39,806 nt of DNA from Reclinomonas americana ATCC 50394. Its lineage: Eukaryota. Below the pieces are notes generated by a model. The model did no database searches. It was not told the origin of the DNA and saw only the letters and a program-made list of their open reading frames with translations. How positions within the stretch are numbered: the first letter of the stretch is position 1; the number at the start of each line of letters is the position of its first letter. The stretch spans positions 33,231-73,036 of the forward strand of contig PS015367.1 in NCBI GenBank assembly GCA_048213135.1, written 5' to 3'. The position numbers and the translations under genes are program-made. Positions 1-17,197 of the stretch are shown in pieces.

Positions 1-559
1 CTCTGTCTCTCTCCTCTCCTCTCTCTCTCTCTCTGGTAGACTTATGTGTTTCTTCTGTATCTCCCTCTCCTTTTTCTCGCTGTCTCTCTCTCTATTCTTT
101 TGGCATGCCTTCTGTCGTCCTTTTTTTTTCCCCATGTTTTTCTCTCTGTCCGCCTCTCACTGTATCGTTCCCGTTCTCCCTGTGGCTCTATGTCTCTCGC
201 CATGTCTCTCTGCGACTTTTTATGTATCTTTCGGAGCGGAGGGGAAATATGAGCCAGAGGGTGGCTGTACGAAACACTGAGGCGTGACTCGTGGGAGAGA
301 GAGATAGAGAGAGACAGACAGCGAGAGTGAGAGAGTGAGGCAGACAGAAGCAGCGAGGCGGAGCGCGTCTGATACACATAGAATGACAGTGTGACGGTGA
401 TAGTTGGTCACATAGTGTTCAGTTTCTCTTTTTCCCCCCGCGCTGTGTCCAACAATCTCTTGTGTCTCTGTGTGACTTCTCTGTCATTTCTCAACTCGAC
501 TTTTGTCTGCGTCATCTTTCTTTTTTTATTTTTCTTCCTTTATCGTTCATCTTTGTCTG

Positions 560-880
560 CTCTCCCTCTTCTCCTTCTCCCCTTCCTCTTCCTTCCCGTT
601 CCTTCTCCTTCCTTCTCCCTCCCCTTCCTTCTTCTTCTTCCCTTCCTTCTCTTTCTTCCCTTCCTTCTCCTTCTTCCCTTCCTTCTCCTTCTTCCCTTCC
701 TTCTCCTTCTTCCCTTCCTTCTCCTTCTTACCTTCCTTCTCCCTCCCCTTCCTTCTCCTTCTCCCCTTCCTTCTCTTTCCTTCCTTCTCCTTCTCCTTCC
801 TTCTCCTTCCCCTTCCTTTTCCTCCTCCCCTCCTTCCTCCTTCACCCTCCCCCTTCCCCTCACCCCCCCCCCCCTTCCCA
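560..880. repeat. Intronic pyrimidine-rich simple repeat including an 18-nt unit (cccttccttctccttctt)n
   Basis: Directly visible tandem C/T repeats upstream of the acceptor at 902. Confidence 0.85.
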
Positions 881-902
881 CTCACCCTCCCCCCTGTGCC
901 AG

Positions 903-3719
903 GTTTTCCGCCTGCAGCACGGCAAGAGTGCCATGGTGGACCAGCAGTGGCTGCTGTGCAGCGAGGTGCAGGCGAACGAGGTCGAGGAGCGCGCCAATTC
1001 TGTTATGCGCAATCGCGAGACCAAGCAGCTCAAGTCACAGACGAAAGCGACGCCTAATTTCGCCTCTTGTGAGTTTTTTCGTGTTGCCCTGCCCGTCTGC
1101 CTTTATTGCCCTCGCCCCAAATCGCCGCTGTGCCCTCCCCTCATTTGCCCCGCACTGCCTTTGCCCTCTCACCCTCCCCGCGCCGCCCAGTCGCCGACGA
1201 GGTGTACGATGCCGGGCGGCAGGTCGCCCTCTGGCAAGCGTTCTGGAGCGGACTCGCCGACGGTGTCGACGGGAAAGTCAATGAGCCAGAGTCGCCGCTG
1301 GTGCGCGTGCAGCGCAACTTTTTCGTCAACATCTACCAGCAGATGCGCAGGTTGAGAGAGGAGGCGGAGGTGAGGAGGGGGAAAGGGGGAAGGGATGAGG
1401 GGGAAAGGAAGTAAGCACGATACGATTCTGCCGCCTCTGCACGTTGTCTCTTTCCTTCGGTGTTGTTGTCTCTCTTGATAGAGCGGCTTGTAGCGTACAT
1501 CTCGTCTGCATCAACGCTAATTGTCAATTTCCACAGTTCCTGTTGTCTCTTCCTTGTTGTTTGCTCTGCGCCTCGTCGGATTCTGAAGTGCGATCTTTTC
1601 TTGTGTGTTTGATTCGCGATGCTCCATCATCCAGTGGAACCCTTCTGTCATAACCCGAGCCGATTGTCTTTATGCAGAATATTGTTTTTCTGCAGTCCTC
1701 CCCGTTTTTCTCCAACTCCACTCGAATTCCTTTGCCCGCTGTGATTCTCATGCCGCATATTCACATCTGGTGCTCTCGTGTTTCCTGTACCCCGCTACGA
1801 ATCACTCGCATGCGGATCCATACTCTTTGTTCGTGTGTATTTTCTTTCGTGGTGTCACTCGCACGCGCATCCACACTCGTTGCAGGCCCCCCTCTGTTTT
1901 AGTCAACTTGTACGCATCCTCGTTTTGCCCGTTGTTCATGTATTTCCTCTTCCTGCTCTCTTCTGCTCGCCCTGCATTTTCCTTTCTTCGTCGTCTTTAT
2001 ATGCATGCACACTCACTTCCCTTGGTCTCACTTCCCATCCCCCCGTGACCTGCAGAGACGGAGCGAGCAAATCTCCAGCCTCGTTCGCGAAGTGCACCTG
2101 CTGCACATTGAGATGGACGACCTCGAAACGCACCTGGCGGAGGCCAGAGCCGCCGCCCCGCCACTCTCCGACAGCCTCGAATCTCCCATGCATGGCGTGG
2201 GCGATGACTCTGAGTGCGTTTTCCATCGCTTTCTTCTTGCTCCACCCTCCTCTCTCTCTCACCCCCGTCGTGGCAGGTTCGTCTCCATTGTCGATGCAGC
2301 ATCGCCCGCGCCCACGGCACGATCCAACACGCCGACGCTGGAACCCTTCCGCTGCTCGCCAACAGAGAGCCTGGTGGATGTCGCCGAGCCGCCACCACGG
2401 CGCATGATGCTGCAGTTGGCGGGCGAATTTGAGCAGGAGGAGGAAGGCTCGTTGACGCCATGGGCCGACGAGTCACTGCGCGTGACCACTGGCACCGACG
2501 ACCGCTCTGCGTCACCCACGCCGCCGCGTCCTCCAGCATCTCCATCGGCCTCCGATAACCCGCGCCCGCTCATTCCGCCGCCTGCTTCCACTGCATGGAA
2601 TGCCTCGCGTCTGGCCGTCGTCGCCCCCGCTCCTGTCGGTGCGTGTCCTTTGTCGGAAAAGACAAACATCGATTTCCATCTCATCCTTCTCGTGTCTCAG
2701 CACCCACTGTCGCCTCCCCGCCACCTTCCCCACCGCTGACCATCACTGCCGACTCATCGCTGCCGTCCACGCCATTCGCTGTGCATGCGCGACCGCTGTT
2801 GCTCGCCACCGTGTCGGTCGAGGTGCAGACCGACATTGTGTGGCCCAAGTGGGACGAGGGCCGACCGTCTACACCGCTCGCCGCCTCTCTGGCCTCCCCC
2901 AAGACCCGCCTCCCGACACCTCCACTGCCGTCGCTGCCATCTCCCGCAACCGCCGCCGCCGCCTCTCCTACTGCAGCCGCTCCTGCTGCCGCCGTCGTCA
3001 TCGACGATGACGAGGACATTGTGGTGTCGATTGTTCGGCCGCAGTCGGCGGGCCTGGCAGCTGCCGCCGGAGCGGCGACCGCGCACCTGCTTCCGCCACT
3101 GGTCGAGGAGGAGAGGCCGGTGTCGACGCGCGTTGCTGCGCTGCTGGCCTCGATGAGTCCCACCAGTGACTCGGAGGCGGAGCGGCCGCCGTTGGTGGTG
3201 AGCCAGAAGCGCGATGCGCATGCCAGTGAGCGGGAGGCGAGGTATCGGCCGCCGAGGTGTGATTATGGTGAGTCAGGGGAAGGGGGGTGAGAGGGAAAGG
3301 GAAGGGAGAAAGGGAAAGGGAGGCAAGGAGGAAAAGGGAGAGGGAGGAAGACAGAAAACGCGAGAGCACGAGAATGTTGCTGTTGGAAGAGAGAGAGGGA
3401 GAGGTGAGAATGTGAAGGGAGGAGAAGGAAAACTACGAGGAATGCGATTTAGCGAGATGTTTAATAAGTATACGCAGCATCGAAGGAAGAGACAAGAAAG
3501 AATGCGTTGATGTCAGTGCACGGGATATCACGGTGCGGTCTCTGAGAGAGAGAGAGAGAGAGAGCGAGAGGGAGGGAGAGAGGGAGAGAGAGAAGGCGTT
3601 GAACTGAAACTAGTGAGCGGAAGGCATGCAAAGGAGCAGGTGCTGTATTAGGCGAGGAAACGAGAGAGAGAGAGAGCATTTAGCTGTGAGTGCAAGGGAT
3701 GTCATGGTGCGGTTTCAGA

Positions 3720-3755
<36 letters not shown>

Positions 3756-5834
3756 AGGCGTTGTACTGAGACTAGTGAGCGGAAGGGGTGCAAAGGAACA
3801 GGTGCTATAGTAGGCGAGGGAACGAGAGAGAAAGAGAGAAGGCGTCCCCCTTTTCCTTTCCCTTCCCCTTCTCTCACCTCTTCCTCCTTCCCTTTGCAGC
3901 TCCACCCGGCGCTCGACGCTCACGCGACGCAGAGATCGCCGCACTCATCTCCACCATGCACACGCGCACCGAGTCGTTCCCACGCGAGGCCGCCTTGCTG
4001 CGGAAGCACCGACAGCCGTTGCCGTCGGTGGAGTCCGAGGAATGGAAACGACATCACTCGTCACGCGCTGGTGGTGGAGGGTCGTCGCCTTCGCCGGGCT
4101 CCTCGCCGTCGCCGCCGCCCCTGCGTGATGCTCCAGTGCTGGTCACGGTGGAGTCGCGATGGGCCGTGCAGTCGCGCGTGAATGAGAGAGGTGGGTGAAG
4201 GGGGAGGAGAAGAGAGGAGAAGGGAAGAGCAGAGCAGAGGAGAGGAGAGCAGAAGAGAGGAGAGAGAGAGAGAACTTACAGAAGAGATGAGACACTGAGT
4301 TGTGCAGGTACGTGGGAATGAGAGAGGTGATGGTGAAGGAGAAGATTAGCGTGAGGGAGTAGGCAGTCACCGCAAAGAATCCATACACTTGAGTTGTGCA
4401 GTCGCGCGGGAATGAGAGAGGAGAGGGTGAAGAGAAGGGCAGCGCGAGGCATGCACCACAGATAACTCTATACACTGAGTTGTGCAGTAGCGTGGGAACG
4501 AGAGTTGGTGATGGGAGGGCAGCGTGAGGGAGCGGACCGACGCCATAGAGAAATCCATACACTGAGTTGTGCAGTCGCGCGGGAATGAGAGAGGAGAGGG
4601 TAAAAGAAGGGCAGCGTGAGGCAGGCACCACAGATAACTCTATGCACTGAGTTGTGCAGTTGTGCGGGAATGAGATAGGCGAAGGGGAAGGGCAGCGTGA
4701 GGGAACAGGCAGTCACCGCAAGGGTATGAGAGAGGTGATGGTGAAAGGGAAGAGAAGCGTGAGGTAGCAGGCCAATGCCACAGAGAGTTCATACACTGAG
4801 TTGTGCAGTCGCGCGGGAACGAGAGTTGGTGAAGGGGAAGGGCAGCGTGAGGGAGCAGGAGACCACCACAGAGAATATCAAACACAGAGGCTAGCAGGGA
4901 AAGTTCTATACACTGAGCTGCCTGCGGGTTATCCCTCTGCTCTCTATGTGGTCGCGTTCTGCTCCTCTCTGTGGTCGCTGGGTTTTACGCTCCGCTCTGC
5001 TTGGCATGTTACTTTCATGCTTTAGAAAAACAAGCGTTGATATCGATTCTTCTCTTTCCCCTGTTCGTTTGTGCATGTATGCGAGTGTGTTCATGTCTGT
5101 GCCAGATCCTTTCTTCTTTCCAATCCTGTCTCTGCACTGTGCTTGTGCTTGTGTGTGAGTGTGTTCATGGCTGTGCCGGATCCTTTCTTTTTCTTTTCTC
5201 TTCCTGTCTCTGCACAGTGGTCTCATGTCGAGTGTGCCTATGTCTGTGCCAGATCCTTTCTTTTTTCCCTTCCTGGCTCTGCACTGTGGTCGCATGTATG
5301 TGAGCGTGTTCATGTCCGTTGTACGGCTCTTTGACACACCTCTCCCCTATCACAGACACCTCACCCCTCGGTGGCACCGTCACGCCACCACGACCCGTCA
5401 TCCGCTCGGCCATCACGCCTCCGCCACCCACGGTGCAGCGCAACGGTCGCCGTCGAGTGCACTACGCCGACCAAGATGGCACGCATGTGCCGTCGCCGAG
5501 TCCAATGCCTGCGACCACCACACCGGCAACGCCGGCGGCGGCAGAAGCGAGTGGAGTCGATGATGTGCGCCGTCTCAAGCGCAACCTGATGCAGTCGGAG
5601 GGCCGAGTGCGTGTATCTCGTCTGCGCGTTGCGTGGCTTGTCGAACTGTGCTGCTCACATGTGAGTTTCGTGCGACAGATGCAGGGTGTGCTGGCTGCCG
5701 AGCGGCAGTCCACCAAGGAGGAGATGACCGGGTTGGTGGCGCAGCAGTCGCTGATGACGGAAACGACGCCGGTGGGAAGTGTGTTGAGACTGAAGAGAAA
5801 ATCGGAGACGGCGACGACGCCGACAATGGTGTGA
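903..5834 (+). CDS. Hypothetical protein, 5'-partial, multi-exon; short coiled-coil-like segment followed by a long Pro/Ser/Ala-rich low-complexity region
   Basis: Phase-consistent GT-AG exons 903-1068, 1191-1369, 2056-2213, 2277-2638, 2701-3267, 3900-4190, 5356-5606 and 5679-5834 give one open frame (VFRLQHGKSAM...FADEVYDAGRQVALWQAFW...MRRLREEAERRSEQISSLVREV...TPTMV*). The start lies upstream of the window, the 3' end is uncertain, and I recognise no family. Confidence 0.7.
3515..3840. repeat. Two diverged copies of a ~175-bp unit, each containing a (GA)n tract, in an intron of gene 1
   Basis: gtgca.ggga..tca.ggtgcggt...(ga)n...agaaggcgttg.actga.actagtgagcggaagg...tgcaaagga.caggtgct.ta.taggcgagg.aacgagagag occurs at about 3516 and 3690. 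Confidence 0.85.
4290..4925. repeat. Intronic minisatellite, period about 85-95 bp, core cactgagttgtgcag
   Basis: Core at about 4293, 4387, 4473, 4558, 4645, 4794 and (degenerate) 4911. The sequences between cores resemble each other. Confidence 0.85.
5085..5320. repeat. Intronic minisatellite, about 75-bp unit, about 3 copies
   Basis: gtgttcatgtctgtgccagatcctttctt...tctctgcactgtg repeated at about 5087, 5160 and 5234. Confidence 0.8.
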
Positions 5835-6646
5835 GTGTTGCGAAGTGAGGGAGTCAGTGTACTTGAATAAGGTTTTGTGTTTGCAAGAAGTGGCTGGAGG
5901 GATTCAGGCCATGAAAAGAACTGATTCTTACCTTGCTGGCTGTGTCTTGCAAGGACTTGTCAGCCAACGTCAGAGTTGTTAGGCTCAGCAGGCACCTCAT
6001 CTCGTGACGGCAGGCACCTATTTTCCCTCAATTTGGGACATGCCGAGAACGAAAGAAAGGATGGCACCCTTTCTATCACATGAAAGGAAAGGCATTTGAT
6101 AAGCGCAGTCGTCAACAATCAGTGCAAGAAGCTCACCTCACAGTTTCAATGTCGTCTTGTTTCTCACCTTTCATTAACAGAAGAGCGCACCAGTTGCATG
6201 AATTCCTTTCCTTTCAGCACCGATGCTTGCCCCCCTCGTTGCTCTTCCTCTCGGCGTCTTCCATCCTCGACAATCTGCTGATTCAGAGCATCAAGAGCCC
6301 CAACCTTTCCTATTCTGACTCCATCAACAACATGCTGAGACAGAGTGACACACTTCCCTCATGCACTTCGTCTTGCTCCATCGTCATCAACCAATCAGCT
6401 CGCGAGGACTCTTCTCCTGCTCCCAATTCGACTTGTTACGTCTCACCTGCATCCAGAGAAGCCATCCTATATCCTGCTACCCTCCTTCCCTTTTCTCCAC
6501 ATCCCTTTCCCCACCATCCAGGTTTCAATTTTCCGGGTATATTTCACGATGAGGGTACGTTTTCTTCTTCCTTGAGAACAGGGGACAGGCGCGGCATTGC
6601 TCGCCCAATCAAATCTTCTCGCTTGCAAATCCGGTGAGCTCGTCCA

Positions 6647-8906
6647 TCAGTAGCAGCTGATGTCGGACGAGGTTGGAGAAGCGAGTCCAGCACTCAACAT
6701 AACATGGTGGTGGTGATGCATCCGGGAGACGGCCGATGAGTTTTGGCCCACCGGCATCGAGTCACCACACGATCGACGCATCGCCTTCTGCTCGCGCCTG
6801 CGCAGCGCATTCTGCAGCAGCGACTTCATCACGTCCGTCGTGCACTCCTCGCACAGCGGATGAGGCTTGACGGCACGCGGCACAATCACTGAAGGTGTAG
6901 TGGTGGTGGTGGTGGTGCAAGCCACTGGTGGTGGTGGTGAGCAGCTGGTGACCGCCGTCATCACTGACACAGCGCCAGTCGCAAAAGCAAACGACGACGG
7001 TAGCACAGTGGCAGCAGCGGCAGCAGCACAAGCAGCGGCAGCGGCACCTGAATCCACAGCAGGGCTGGTCACCGAAAAATCCATCGATGCACCGGCACTC
7101 CCAGTGGCCACAGCAGCAGCAGCTCGCTTGCGTTGGAGCCGCTCTTGGCGCTTCTGTAGGCCCTTGCACAGCATCACGGCAATCACATTTTCGTCGGCTC
7201 CACCAATGGCCGACTCGCAGAGTGGGTGCGCTGACTTGCTGCCAAACACAGACGACGTCGTCATGGTGGTCACGCGCACGTTCATCGTGGAGGATGGTCG
7301 CAAAATCGAGGCGGGTACCGGAGCCCGCTTCGAGGAGCTGAAGGGGGAGAGGAGGTCTGGAGGGGGAGGGAGGGATGGGTGAGAAGGGAGAAGGGGGGGC
7401 GGAGGCCAAGGGAGGGGAGGGGAAGGGGGCAGAGGGGAAGGGCTCAGAGGGAAAGGGAGGAGGGGGGAGAGGGGAAGAGAGAGAGAAAGCGGAAGAGAGA
7501 GAGAAGGGAAGAGAAAGGGGAAGAGAGAGAGAAAGGGAAGAGAGAAAGGGAGAGGGGAAGAGAAAGGGGAAAGAGAAAGAAAAAGGGGAAGAGAAAGAAA
7601 AAGGGAAAGGGAGAGGGGGAAGAGAAAGGGGGAAGAGAAAGAAAAAGGGGAGAGAAAAAGGGGGAAGAGAGAGAAAGGGGGAAGAGAGAGAAGAGACCGA
7701 GATATCAATGAATCTCGATATCCAACCCCGCCACCACTGATCGCTGACCAACCTGCATGTGCAGATGTCGTCGTCGTTGTCGTGGACGAGGTCATCGACA
7801 GGCTGACTCGACGCTCACCCAGGGTGGTTGGCGATAGTGAAAAACGCACTCGGCAACTGCGGTGATGGCCTGCGGAGGTGAAGAAGAGGGAGACGAAGGT
7901 GAGAAGATGGTGAAGGGGAGGGGGGAGGGAAAGGGGAAGGAAGGGGAGGGATAGGGGAGGGAAGGGAAGGAAAGGAGAAGAAGAAGGCGGAGAGCGAGAA
8001 AACACGGCTGACTCCAGAAGAGAGCAGAGAGCACAAGGCAGACTCTGGAGGAAGCACACGGCTGTCCCGAGAGAGCACAAGGCTGTCGAGAGAGAGCACA
8101 TGGCTGACTCTTGGAGATAGCACACGGCAGACTCTTGAGGGAGCACAAGGCTGACTCTGGCGAGAGCACAAGGCAGACTCTTGGAGGGAGCACATGGCAG
8201 ACTCTTGGAGGAAGCACAGGGCTGACTAGGAAGCACAAGGCTGTCGAGAGAGAGCACATGGCTGACTCTTGGAGATAGCACACGGCAGACTCTTGAGGGA
8301 GCACACGGCTGACTCTTGAGGGAGCACACGGCTGACTCCAGAAGAGAGCACAAGTGGCTGTCTCTGGAAGGAGCACAAGGCTGACTCTGGCGAGAGCACA
8401 AGGCAGACTCTTGGAGGGAGCACATGGCAGACTCTTGGAGGGAGCACAAGGCTGACTCTTGGAGAGAGAGCACACGGCTGACTCTCTTGAGGAAGCACAA
8501 GTGACCGACTCTGGGAGAGAGAGCACCAGGCTGACTCCTCGAGAGAGCACGAGTGGCCTGTCTCCAACAGAAAAGCACCAGTGACTGACTCCCAAAAAGT
8601 CCTCATCTGGCCTCTCCTCGAGTACGAGCATGTGACCGACCCCACCACACATACACACACGACAACACACACAAGACACACAAGAACACAAGAGAGCAGC
8701 AGCACAATCAACACACACACACACACTGACTAACTGCAGGCGAAACGCATGTTCCAAAACAAACCAGCCACTTGCTTGACATCATCAACTTGCATCATTC
8801 GCACACCCGCCGAAGAAGCACCTCCGCTCATCACAGATATGGAAGAAGAAGAGGCCACAAAGGCACTCAGGTGGAAGCCGCTCCCGTCATCAGTCACAGC
8901 AGACAT
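6647..8906 (-). CDS. Hypothetical protein with two copies of an HPLCE + basic helix motif
   Basis: Proposed exons 8906-8735, 8606-8590 (17 nt), 7869-7850 (20 nt), 7802-7753 and 7356-6647 give MSAVTDDG...NMRFACNEDFLGAITAVADLSMTSS...DLLSPFSSSKRAP...HPLCESA...HPLCEEC...DISCY*. The last exon looks clearly coding; the small exons are tentative. Confidence 0.55.
8000..8560. repeat. Intronic minisatellite, about 21-23-bp unit (gagcaca.ggc.gactcttggagg)
   Basis: More than 20 degenerate tandem copies visible inside the long intron of gene 2. Confidence 0.9.
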
Positions 8907-9247
8907 GTCGGTTGTTGTTGTTGGCGTTGAATGGAAAGAGAGTAACTGTGTGTGCGTGTGTGTGTCAGTGAGTATGTGTGTGCGTGAGAGAGCAGGTGAG
9001 AGAGTGGGAGAGAGAGCAAGTGAAGTTGTTTGGGACGAGAGTCGTCACTCGGACATGTGCACAGCACACACAATGCTCATGCTCTGTCTGTGTGCATGTG
9101 CGTGCGTGTGTGTGTGTGTGTGTGTGTCTGTCTCTCAGTGTGTGTGTGTTTTTGTGTGCAGCAGCTGACTATTTTTGGGCTCACCAGTGAGCTCAACTCC
9201 GCGCGCACTCTGCGGTGTCGTTCAAGAGTCGAACAAGAGAGGCAGAT

Positions 9248-9279
<32 letters not shown>

Positions 9280-9996
9280 GAAAGAGTGGGTTTGTGGAGA
9301 GAGACCTCGAGACGAGCTCTGCTCCTGGCTAGTGTGTGAAATTGGCGATTGTGTGTCCGGAAATGCGTGATTTTGAGACGCAGGCCTATTTTTGGTCTTC
9401 AATTGTTTCTATTGTGCAAGCGTGCGTGCTTCTCGTGTGAGTTGTGCACTGGCCTATGCGCGCGTGTGCATGCCACGCGTGGCTATACCTCGGCGTGTTC
9501 GATCGTGCGTGTGACCTTCATTTGGATGCAGGTCGACGTCGACCTCAATTTCGCGGTATTTCTGTTTACGGTATTCAATTATGACGGGAAACGCCCGGAA
9601 ACGCCCGGATGGGTAACCCTCGCAGGCGGCAATTGCCAGTTGGCACGCTAGCACGGCAGCGTCACCACCGCAGCAATCGCTACGAAATCCCTACGAGGTG
9701 TTACGTGCTTCGCACACTCCCCCCATTGCATGCCATTTATGGCACCCCTTTATATATGCTTTTCATAGCTTCTGCTCCTTGACCCTTTGCTCTTGACCCT
9801 CGGGTATGTGATCATTAACCCGTTACCCTTGACCCTTGCAATGGGAGACCTCAAATAAGGCATGTAAGGGGGGGAGTGTGCGAAGCCTGCGATAGAGGCT
9901 TGATGGGCTTTGCCTCCTGAAAGGGAAGATGGCTGCTGGAGGAGAGGAATATATGTATATAATTTTTGTTGTCCTCTTGGCGTGCCGAGGTCACTG

Positions 9997-16283
<6,287 letters not shown>

Positions 16284-16447
16284 GAGATCTTCTGTGCCTG
16301 GCAAATCAGCGCTCGAAGACGCACGCGCCACAATTGTTGAGATGCTGCTCGTATCTGGGCCAGCAGTCAGGGGTGGGAGGGTAGGGGGACGCAATAAATG
16401 TGTCCCGCAGGGCGTGGTGACTTCACCAACTTCTATTCCGTCACAGA
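16284..16447. promoter_or_regulatory. Putative compact bidirectional promoter between the ankyrin-kinase gene (-) and MED8 (+)
   Basis: Inferred only from the divergent start codons at 16283 (-) and 16448 (+). No core motif identified. Confidence 0.45.
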
Positions 16448-16508
16448 ATGACAGTGCGCGCGCTCGTTCTCTCCTCTCTCTCTCTCTCTCACTCTCACTC
16501 ACACACTC

Positions 16509-16549
<41 letters not shown>

Positions 16550-17140
16550 GTGTTTGACAGGAACCCGCTGGACCTGTGCTGCAAAAGGCAATCACTCTGC
16601 GTGATCGACTGCGTAACAAACTCGACTTGCGACAATGGTGTGTGACAGAGAGGCAAAGAGAGAGAGAGAGAGAGAGGAGGGAGGGAGAGGCAAAGAGAGA
16701 GAAGGGGGAGAGAGGAATGAGTGAGAGAGACAAGTGATGCATGCGAGGCAAAAGGTTGCACACACACACACACACACACTCTTTCTCTCTCTCTCTNNNN
16801 NNNNNNNNNNNNNNNNNNNNNNNNNNNNNNNNNNNNNNNNNNNNNNNNNNNNNNNNNNNNNNNNNNNNNNNNNNNNNNNNNNNNNNNNNNNNNNNNNNNN
16901 NNNNNNNNNNNNNNNNNNNNNNNNNNNNNNNNNNNNNNNNNNNNNNNNNNNNNNNNNNNNNNNNNNNNNNNNNNNNNNNNNNNNNNNNNNNNNNNNNNNN
17001 NNNNNNNNNNNNNNNNNNNNNNNNNNNNNNNNNNNNNNNNNNNNNNNNNNNNNNNNNNNNNNNNNNNNNNNNNNNNNNNNNNNNNNNNNNNNNNNNNNNN
17101 NNNNNNNNNNNNNNNNNNNNNNNNNNNNNNNNNNNNNNNN

Positions 17141-17197
<57 letters not shown>

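Noticed and set aside
391-1355. Long low-complexity ORFs in the track (also 6647-8578, 23379-24352, 25362-26553, 32928-34183 and those spanning N runs)
   Set aside because: They arise from stop-poor CT/GA repeats or N gaps inside introns. Only the exon portions look coding.
4300-4313. Recursive splice-like site tgtgcag|gtacgt in a gene 1 intron
   Set aside because: It is one variant copy of the minisatellite core, has no pyrimidine tract, and is not needed for the gene model.
4290-4925. CRISPR-like array (conserved cactgagttgtgcag core with variable intervals)
   Set aside because: The intervals are homologous to one another and uneven in length, the context is a eukaryotic intron, and there are no cas genes. 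It is a minisatellite.
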